The notes beneath the pieces are model-generated. The model saw only the letters and a program-made list of their open reading frames with translations, was not told where the DNA came from and did not search any database. A stretch of 64,000 nt of DNA from a virus (taxonomy: Duplodnaviria; Caudoviricetes), in the IMG/VR virus record IMGVR_UViG_3300036861_000232, positions 188 to 64,187 of that record; one strand, written 5' to 3'. Made by a program: the position numbers and the translations under genes. Below are positions 56,448-64,000 of the stretch, piece by piece (the stretch's first letter is position 1; every line of letters starts with the position of its first letter).

Positions 56448-59400
56448 TGGATTTTCAGTACGTCACCGATCCTGAATTGCTGAAAGAGCTTGATGGCAGC
56501 GTTGGCATCACTGCGCCTACGGCTGAGCCCAACTACGTCACCGATCCAGACCTTATCCGTGAGCTTGATGAGACAAGCGGAAGCGCCAAGCCCAAAGCCA
56601 AGCGCATCATCGACAACGGCATCCAGCGCCCGCCACGGCTCGAGCAGCAACCCGCCGATGAGAATTTCCTGGAGAGCCTCGGCAAGCTTGAGCGCAGTCC
56701 TGTGCAGCCGACAACGAGCGGCAGCACCTTTCTGGACGATCTCCAAAAACTTGAGCAGTCGCAGCCCGCGCCAGACCAGCCCGAGCCCGTCGAGCAGCGG
56801 GCGGAGGAATTCATCAGGGTGCGCAAAACCGTCAACGGCAAGGAATACATCCAGCACAAGAACGGCGGCATTTACGACGCCGAAAACTTCGAGCAGGTTG
56901 ATGACCCGGCGGTGCTGGAAGCCTTCGGGCGCAGAGAGCCGACCAAGGTTTCACAGAAGGTCATCGACAGCCAGCGCGGCGAGCAGCCCCTCGACTTGGG
57001 CGATCTCGGCAATGAATTCCTGCGTTCCGCCGGCGAGCAGAACCTTCAGATGATGGCGCAGTTCGCGCTCATCAATCATGATCTCACCGGCAACGAACTC
57101 TCCAAGACCTTCGCCGACAGCCTCGCCAAGGCGGCCGAGCAGGCCAAGGGCAAGATCAAACCGCGCACCGCGCCGCAGTTCACCGGCATCAAGTCAAGAC
57201 AGGATTTCATTGACTGGGCGCAGGCCGCGACAGGCCAGGGCTTGGGTTCCTATCTCGCCCCGATCATTGGCGGCACCCTTGGCGCACTCGGGGGCAAGCG
57301 GGCGGGCGGCAGATGGGGGGGCAGAATTGGTGGTGCCTTTGGCGTTTTCGGCGGCTCCGCCCTGCTCAACATGGGCGAAATGCGCCAGGAACTCGTCGAC
57401 CTCGGCGTCACGGACCCGCAGCTTCGCGGCAAGGTGGCGATCGAGGCAGGCGGGATCATGGCTGCGCTCGACACCGCAACCCCCGAGGCGGCTCTGACCC
57501 GGATGCTCGGCACCGGCGCTAGACAGAAGGTGAAGCGGGCGCTCGCCCGTCGCATCCTTCAAGAGACGCTGAAAGGCGCGACGGTCGAAGGCTCGACCGA
57601 GGGGGTGCAGGAAGCCGTCGAATATGTCAGCGGGCGCAAGGCTGCAGGCAAAGAAATCAAGCCGGAAGAACTCGTTGACCGGATGGTCAATGCCTTCACC
57701 GCCGCCGCTCTGCCGGGTGGCACCTTGCGCGGCGCCTCCGGTATGGCGCCGGATCAGGTCATCGGTCCGCAACAACCAGCACCAGCGGCACCACAACCCG
57801 GACTAGGCCAAGTGCCGGGGGAATTAAAAACAGACAAAATCACGCCGGAACAGGCGCTTAGTCCACAAACTACCCAGAATAATTCCGTAAATAACGCCCC
57901 TCAAACTGAGGCGCAAAAAGTAACGGGACCCACTCTTGAGCAGCAAATCTCCATCCTGCAGGAGATGGGCTACGACGATGATGCCATCGCCGAAATGGGT
58001 GATGACGAACGCGCCGCTGCAGCCCGCGAGGGAATGGATGCGGGTATCACGCCCATAGAGGGTCTACCGCAGGAAGCCACTCAGGAGGCTCAAGGACGGC
58101 CTGAACCTGTCCCCGCACCAACGACCCCGCCGGTCGCAGAAATGCCGCAGACGGTCCAGCCTGAGTCAGTTCCGGCGGTGTCCGAGGGAACAGAACCGGA
58201 ACTCATTGCGCCAGCCCCGGCTGATATGCCGACCGAGGTCACGTTTGAGACCGAGACCACGGGACCGACAAAGGGCTGGGTCAAGGCCAAGCTCGGCAAG
58301 TTCATCGGCGGCGGCTGGAGCCAGGAGGACGCCGAAGCCGATCTCGACCGCAAACTCACCAAAGCCGGGACGCCGCAAGGCGAGGGCACCCGCAACCGGC
58401 CGGTTAGGCCGGAAACGCCGCAGGATATAGAAACCGCCATCGCTCCTGTACCGCCGAAGTCGGACGCACAGGCCGAAGTCGGAAACTACCAGCATCAGCA
58501 CCTGAAGTTGCATGGCCTCGACATTGCTATCGAGACGCGCAAGGGCGAGGAGAGGGTCGGCAAGGGCGGCAAGTGGCGGCAAATCATGCCGGCGCACTAT
58601 GGCTATCTGAAGCGGTCTAAACCCGGCCGCGACGGCAAGACCGATGTGTTCGTCGGCGATGATCTTCAATCCACCAAGGCCTTCGTCATCGACCAGCACC
58701 GGCCGAAAGACGGCTCGTTCGACGAGCCGAAAGTGGTGGTTGCAGTGCCGGATCGCGACACGGCGATTGCACTTTACGATCAGAGTTTCTCCGATGGTTC
58801 CGGCCCGACAAGGCGGCGCGGGGTCACTGAAACCACCATCGACAAACTCCATTCCTTCATCGAGGACGGCAACAACCGGCAGCCGTTCGTCCGGCAGAAA
58901 AGGTTTCACACTGCCCCTACGACACGTGGGCCAGTGGTTGAAACACCCCTAACAGAACAAGGGGTTACCGCGCCGCAGGTCGTGACGCCCGCTCCTGTTG
59001 ACATAAAAGTCAACAAGCCGAAGCCCCCGCAGGACTTCATCTCCTGGATCATTTCTCAGGGCGGCATTCGTGACGATACCGGCGAACTCAAAGCGATGGA
59101 TGCACAGCGCCGCCCCGGTCTTGTTCGCAAAACCGGGAAATCCGCCGATGCGATCAGGGAATTAGCTGTTGAAAGTGGCTATCTGCAGGAGCTTGGTTTT
59201 GCTACCGGCAGACAGGCGGAAACGACAGGCAATGACGTTTATGATCTCATTGCCGAGGGACTTGGCGGGCGCAAATCCTATCCAGTTCGAGACTTACCGC
59301 AGGCGCTTGAGGCTGAGACCAAAAGACATGCCGCCGTAGCGCCGGAAGCCCCGCCGGAATTCCATGAATATGGACCGCAACTCTACGGTTTATTCCAGAA

Positions 59401-62400
59401 GGTCGCCATGCGGCCGTCGCAGTTCAATCGCGAGGATCTGGAGATCGCCAAGGTGCGGTTGGAGCAAGACCCCACTCTCGATGTCGGGGAACTGCTCGAG
59501 CGCATCGCCATGCAGATGGAAGTCGCCGACAACATGGCGGTCTTGGACGAGGATTTGCCCTTTGCCCCAGAACCGCTTATAGAAGGACATGCCAATGAAG
59601 CCCTGGCAAGACCATCAGAAGCGCAGCCGGTTGTACCGGAAGGCAGCGTCGAAGGCGAAGCACCCGCAGAGCCGGAGAGCGTTCGCGAAGAACGCCAAGA
59701 GATTCGCGGCCCTGGCGCAAGTGAGCAAGAGTCTCAGCAACCAGAGCCCACAGTAGAGCGCACCGAAGCCGGACAGCAGACCGTCCTCCCCGGTGCCGAG
59801 CGCATAGGGCAGGGCGAGCAGGCACAGCGCCAAGCCGACAAGCCGCTCAAGCCCAAGACGGCGCAGAAGCCTGCCGATGAAGGGCTGTTTTCTGACGAGA
59901 AGGATCAAACCTCCCTTTTCCGCCGCGAAGGCAAGGCGCCGACTGCCAATGCCTATCGCTTCGCCATCACGGAGAAGCAGCGCGAGCACTTAAAGAAGCG
60001 GGTCAATGTGATCGCTCGGCGCATCCTGGGCCGAACGTTCCCCGACATAGAATTCCACGACACGCTGCCCAACGGGTTCCAGGCGGTGTTCTCGCCTCAA
60101 GAGTGGATGATCTACATGGCGCTGCGGATGGACACCGATCCGCGCCTCATCATCCGCCACGAGGCCATCCATGTTCTGCGCAAATCGGGGCTGTTCACCG
60201 ACGGCGAGTGGCGCACGCTGTCGCGGCTGGCAAAACAGAAATGGATGGACGAATTCCAGATCGCCAAACGCTATGAGCATTATGCCGAACGTGACAACTT
60301 CGATGAACTACTCATTGAGGAAGCCATCGCTGAGGCGTTCCTCGATTACTCGGCCAACGGTGCGCAGAAAACCGCCGGCGACCGTATCTTCGAAAGGGTC
60401 AAGACCTTCATCGAAGCCGTCCGCAGCATGCTGAAAGGCGAAGGCTTCACCTCGGTTGAGGGAATATTCCAGAAGATCGAGAGTGGCAAGGTGGCGGAAC
60501 GGGCAGAAGCCAAAGCACGGGCGCCGCGACCGATTGGTGATGAAGTTCTTACCGCCGCGCCGCCAGTTGAGAGCGAGGCGTTCAAGCGATGGTTTGGCAA
60601 GTCGAAGGTTATCGATGGGCAGGGCGATCCTCTTGTGGTCTACCATGGGACGCCGGAAAAGTTCTCGGCCTTCGATACCAGCAAAGAGGGATCGCACTTC
60701 GGAACGCTAGAACAGGCCAGCAACATCCGAGGGAAAGGCAAACTGAAGGTCGGTGCTTATTATTTATCGATCAAAAACCCCCTCAGAGTTGCCGACATCG
60801 GCACATGGTCTTTCAATGGCGTCCATTACCACCTCAGCATCAATGACATCGTTACGGACGCAGAAGCCGACGCTATGTGGGATGCGTGGCAGAAGTCGGA
60901 TGAAGCTGGATGGGGCGTTCTAAAATCAACGCTGGCTAAGCACGGATATGACGGGTTTGTCTACGAAAACGAACAGGAGGGGCAGGGCGATTCCTATGTT
61001 GCTTTCTATCCAGAGCAGATCAAGTCTGTAAATAATCGCGGCACCTTCGATCCTAACAACCCCAACATCCTCACCGCCGCACCACCGCCGGAAGGCAATT
61101 GGGCGCCGGGCGAGAAGCAGCAGGAACCCATTCAAGGCCCGAAGCCAGAAGACTTCGACAGCAATATCAATCTCGATTACATCGCCGCACCTGAGGATGT
61201 GAAGAGCGTCATCACCGAGGTCGGCAAGCGGGCCGGGGAGTTCGTGACCGAGCGCCGCGGCGTCGTCTCCAATGAGCAGACCGCACAGCTCGCCAAGGAG
61301 CTGGGGCTGAAGGCGGGCGATCTGTTCAAGCGCCAGACCGGCGAGGCCTTCAATGCCCATGAAATCTACGCCGCCCGCGTGCTGATGGTGCAGTCGGCGA
61401 CCACCGTGAAGAACCTCGCGGCTAAGGCGGCAAAGTCCAAGACTTTGCATGATCTGGCGCAGTTCCAGAAAGCGTTCACCCGCCATGTCGCCATTCAGGA
61501 ACAAATCGCTGGAATGACGGCGGAAGCCGGCAGGGCGCTACAACAATTCAGGATTATGACGGGGCCGAACTATCTTCCCATCGCCAAGGCCATGGCGGAG
61601 GAGGCACGGGCGAAAGACAAGAATGCACCGCTTGGTGAGAAACAGAAGTTCGGCACTGATGCGCTCGTCAATTTGGCCGAGATGATCCAGGCGATCGACG
61701 ATCCGGCGATCCTCAACAAGTTCACCCGCGATGCCTACAAGGTCACGCTGTGGGACAAGATCAGGGAGCTGTGGATCAATTCGCTGCTCTCTGGCCCGCG
61801 CACTCATGCGACCAACATTCTCTCCAACCTTATCACCGCCGTCTGGCAGGTGCCGGAGACCGCCGTCGCCTCGACCATCGGTTCATTCCATGGTGGCGAC
61901 AAGGTGAGGGCACGCGAAGCCACTGCCCGCCTCATCGGCGTCATCGAGGGGGCGAAGGAGGGCATGGGCAAGGCCATCGTCGCCTTCAAGACCGGCGAGC
62001 CGACGGATGCTGCATCGAAGATCGAGCAGATCAGGCGCAAGGCGATCGGCGGTATGACGGGCGAGATCGTGCGCATTCCGACCCGGGCGCTTCTCGCCGA
62101 AGATGAATTCTTCAAGACCCTCAACTACCGTTCCGAGATCAATGCGCAAGCCGTGCGCATCGCCATCAACCAAGGCAAGAGTGGACAGGATTTGGCGGAA
62201 CGCATCGCCGAGCTCCGCGCCAAGCCGCCGCCGTCGATGCAGCAGCGAGCACATGAATTCGCGCTCTACCAGACCTTCCAGAACCAGCTCGGCCCCATCG
62301 GTCGGACGACGATGCGAATGCGGGATTCTATCCCCGGCATATATCTGATCCTGCCGTTCATCAGGACGCCGGCCAATCTGATCAAATATGCCGCCGAGCG

Positions 62401-63367
62401 GACCCCTTTCGGCCTCCTGATGCGCCCGGTACGCGAGAACCTCTCCGGCAAGCATGGCAATATCGCCAGAGACACGCAGATCGCCCGCCTCGCCCTAGGC
62501 TCCGGCATTGCCATGGTTGTCGCCTCATGGGCGCTGCAGGGCATCCTGACTGGCTCCGGCCCCGATGACCCGGATGAGAAAAAGACCTGGCTCGTCAACA
62601 ACCAGCCCTATTCGATCAAGATTGGCGACACTTGGTATTCCTATCAGCGCCTCGATCCCTTCGGCATGATCATCGGCGTCACTGCCGATCTTGTCAGTCT
62701 AGGCGAGGCGGTGGCCCGCGCCGATGCCGAGAAGGTCGGCACAATGGTTGTCGGCTCGATCTCCGAGAATCTGCTCGACAAGACCTGGCTCTCCGGTCTT
62801 TCCGATCTCATCGAGGCCATTCAGGACCCCGACCGTTACGGGGAATATTATCTGCGGCGCATGGCCGGGACGATTATCCCGAACCTCTCGGCACAGGTGG
62901 CACAGATGGTTGACCCGGTTATGCGCGAAGCCCGATCAGTAGTCGATAACATTAAGACCCGCATCCCCGGCGCTGGCCGCAGCTTGCCGCCGCGGCGCGA
63001 CATCTTCGGCGAGCCGATTAGGCGCGAGGGATCCTTCGGCCCTGATCTGTTGTCGCCGATCTATATCAAGACCGACAGCAAGGACCCGGTCGCGAAAGCG
63101 ATGACCGAGGTTGGCTATACGCCGGGCATGCCGTCGCGGCGCATCAACCGTCATGAACTGACACCGCAGCAATATAGTGAGTATTCCGAACTGGCCGGCA
63201 AGGAAGCACATCGGCGCCTCTTGCCCATCATCAATAATCGCGGATGGCAGTCGATCAAGCCTGACGACAAGATCGACTGGATCAAGAAGGCGTTCGACGA
63301 GTCGCGTGATCGGGCGCGGCGGATCATGAAAGGGAAATATCCCGCGTTAAGAAAACCGCCTCAGTAA
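56447..63367 (+). CDS. Giant polyvalent ejected protein (iPPase-like, zincin metallopeptidase, ART-like and LPD38-like regions)
   Basis: MPAHYGY...D...DVFVG...FDEPK; HEAIH...EEAIAE; FKRWFG.SKV....PLVVYHGT; SYQRLDPFG. Confidence 0.82.
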   Translation: MDFQYVTDPELLKELDGSVGITAPTAEPNYVTDPDLIRELDETSGSAKPKAKRIIDNGIQRPPRLEQQPADENFLESLGKLERSPVQPTTSGSTFLDDLQKLEQSQPAPDQPEPVEQRAEEFIRVRKTVNGKEYIQHKNGGIYDAENFEQVDDPAVLEAFGRREPTKVSQKVIDSQRGEQPLDLGDLGNEFLRSAGEQNLQMMAQFALINHDLTGNELSKTFADSLAKAAEQAKGKIKPRTAPQFTGIKSRQDFIDWAQAATGQGLGSYLAPIIGGTLGALGGKRAGGRWGGRIGGAFGVFGGSALLNMGEMRQELVDLGVTDPQLRGKVAIEAGGIMAALDTATPEAALTRMLGTGARQKVKRALARRILQETLKGATVEGSTEGVQEAVEYVSGRKAAGKEIKPEELVDRMVNAFTAAALPGGTLRGASGMAPDQVIGPQQPAPAAPQPGLGQVPGELKTDKITPEQALSPQTTQNNSVNNAPQTEAQKVTGPTLEQQISILQEMGYDDDAIAEMGDDERAAAAREGMDAGITPIEGLPQEATQEAQGRPEPVPAPTTPPVAEMPQTVQPESVPAVSEGTEPELIAPAPADMPTEVTFETETTGPTKGWVKAKLGKFIGGGWSQEDAEADLDRKLTKAGTPQGEGTRNRPVRPETPQDIETAIAPVPPKSDAQAEVGNYQHQHLKLHGLDIAIETRKGEERVGKGGKWRQIMPAHYGYLKRSKPGRDGKTDVFVGDDLQSTKAFVIDQHRPKDGSFDEPKVVVAVPDRDTAIALYDQSFSDGSGPTRRRGVTETTIDKLHSFIEDGNNRQPFVRQKRFHTAPTTRGPVVETPLTEQGVTAPQVVTPAPVDIKVNKPKPPQDFISWIISQGGIRDDTGELKAMDAQRRPGLVRKTGKSADAIRELAVESGYLQELGFATGRQAETTGNDVYDLIAEGLGGRKSYPVRDLPQALEAETKRHAAVAPEAPPEFHEYGPQLYGLFQKVAMRPSQFNREDLEIAKVRLEQDPTLDVGELLERIAMQMEVADNMAVLDEDLPFAPEPLIEGHANEALARPSEAQPVVPEGSVEGEAPAEPESVREERQEIRGPGASEQESQQPEPTVERTEAGQQTVLPGAERIGQGEQAQRQADKPLKPKTAQKPADEGLFSDEKDQTSLFRREGKAPTANAYRFAITEKQREHLKKRVNVIARRILGRTFPDIEFHDTLPNGFQAVFSPQEWMIYMALRMDTDPRLIIRHEAIHVLRKSGLFTDGEWRTLSRLAKQKWMDEFQIAKRYEHYAERDNFDELLIEEAIAEAFLDYSANGAQKTAGDRIFERVKTFIEAVRSMLKGEGFTSVEGIFQKIESGKVAERAEAKARAPRPIGDEVLTAAPPVESEAFKRWFGKSKVIDGQGDPLVVYHGTPEKFSAFDTSKEGSHFGTLEQASNIRGKGKLKVGAYYLSIKNPLRVADIGTWSFNGVHYHLSINDIVTDAEADAMWDAWQKSDEAGWGVLKSTLAKHGYDGFVYENEQEGQGDSYVAFYPEQIKSVNNRGTFDPNNPNILTAAPPPEGNWAPGEKQQEPIQGPKPEDFDSNINLDYIAAPEDVKSVITEVGKRAGEFVTERRGVVSNEQTAQLAKELGLKAGDLFKRQTGEAFNAHEIYAARVLMVQSATTVKNLAAKAAKSKTLHDLAQFQKAFTRHVAIQEQIAGMTAEAGRALQQFRIMTGPNYLPIAKAMAEEARAKDKNAPLGEKQKFGTDALVNLAEMIQAIDDPAILNKFTRDAYKVTLWDKIRELWINSLLSGPRTHATNILSNLITAVWQVPETAVASTIGSFHGGDKVRAREATARLIGVIEGAKEGMGKAIVAFKTGEPTDAASKIEQIRRKAIGGMTGEIVRIPTRALLAEDEFFKTLNYRSEINAQAVRIAINQGKSGQDLAERIAELRAKPPPSMQQRAHEFALYQTFQNQLGPIGRTTMRMRDSIPGIYLILPFIRTPANLIKYAAERTPFGLLMRPVRENLSGKHGNIARDTQIARLALGSGIAMVVASWALQGILTGSGPDDPDEKKTWLVNNQPYSIKIGDTWYSYQRLDPFGMIIGVTADLVSLGEAVARADAEKVGTMVVGSISENLLDKTWLSGLSDLIEAIQDPDRYGEYYLRRMAGTIIPNLSAQVAQMVDPVMREARSVVDNIKTRIPGAGRSLPPRRDIFGEPIRREGSFGPDLLSPIYIKTDSKDPVAKAMTEVGYTPGMPSRRINRHELTPQQYSEYSELAGKEAHRRLLPIINNRGWQSIKPDDKIDWIKKAFDESRDRARRIMKGKYPALRKPPQ

Positions 63368-63606
63368 TCTGGCCAACGGCTTGGAAAAAAGCAGTTTGGG
63401 CAAAGCCAATTGGCAAGCCAGATCAGAATAATAATTGCCAGAATAAGCATCAGGCATTTTTCCAAGTCGCTATATCGACGGGGCATAGAAGAAGAGTCAT
63501 AAGCGGAAAATTCAATTTTCGCAAATTTGGCACCAACGACGACCAAGAAAAGAACAGAAGAGAAAGAATAATTTCCTAGGATAATGGCCCTTAGAAAGGA
63601 GGCCGT

Positions 63607-63903
63607 ATGATCAAGTTTTTCATTGCGCTGGGTCTCATGGCGACGCCGGCGCTGGCGCAAGTCATGGCCCCCGGCACCGAACGTGTCTGCGATCTGCGCG
63701 CCGATGTCATCAAGGCGCTGACCGAGCGATACGGAGAAATACCTTATTTTTCCGGGGTCGAGGGACGCAGTAAAACGCCATTCACCTGGTACGTCAATTT
63801 CAAGACCAAGACCTCCAGCTATGTGACCTTTCCGAGCCCGGGAATCGCCTGTTTTGTCGGTGGTATCGAAGTTGGCTTGGCTGAGCGGAAGAGTGACACG
63901 TGA
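63607..63903 (+). CDS. Small secreted protein
   Basis: Signal peptide ...PALA-Q; C......L.ERYGE; AGGAGG RBS. Confidence 0.65.
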   Translation: MIKFFIALGLMATPALAQVMAPGTERVCDLRADVIKALTERYGEIPYFSGVEGRSKTPFTWYVNFKTKTSSYVTFPSPGIACFVGGIEVGLAERKSDT

Positions 63904-64000
63904 AGAAACCCACAGAGGTCTCGCTCTATATCTGGGTGCTGATCGGTCTTCTCTCGTGCCTGGTTCTGTGGATATGGGCATCATCGGCGAAGGCGCATGA
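63900..64000 (+). CDS. 3'-truncated secreted protein
   Basis: GTGA-coupled MKKPTEVSLYIWVLIGLLSCLVLWIWASSAKAH(D/E). Confidence 0.55.
   Translation, partial: MKKPTEVSLYIWVLIGLLSCLVLWIWASSAKAH

Larger units (their letters stand above)
1..64000. mobile_element. Near-complete temperate podovirus-like phage genome
   Basis: Lysis, integrase/xis, cI/cro, replication, terminase, portal, capsid, short-tail and ejected-protein modules are all present. No tape measure or sheath gene and no host housekeeping genes were seen. Confidence 0.93.

Overview
The window is an almost complete genome of a temperate, podovirus-like tailed phage. Its host is most likely an alphaproteobacterium (Rhizobiales-like), inferred from GapR-, CtrA- and DUF1376-like genes and the xis/int architecture. 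Gene order: lysis cassette (0.3-3.7 kb); leftward early/accessory operon with integrase, xis and many tiny translationally coupled ORFs (3.7-12.9 kb); cI/cro switch with six operators (12.9-13.7 kb); rightward early and replication genes, including an intein-split DNA methyltransferase (14-25 kb); packaging, portal, scaffold and capsid (25.9-41.7 kb); short-tail and fibre genes (42.7-50.5 kb); ejected proteins, including a 2306-aa polyvalent protein (50.5-63.4 kb). Main findings: (1) a GIY-YIG/T5orf172 nuclease whose N-terminus copies the phage's own integrase N-terminal domain, placed between int and a candidate attP; (2) a DnaA-domain-IV gene with four DnaA boxes inside its own coding sequence, clustered with CtrA- and GapR-like genes; (3) several families of repeated stop/RBS/start junction sequences that delimit mini-genes; (4) a duplicated 50-aa aromatic peptide in the lysis module under apparent purifying selection; (5) tandem Asp/Asn-hydroxylase-like genes near a Trp/Pro/Arg repeat protein in the head module. 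All family assignments come from motif recognition by eye; no database search was run.
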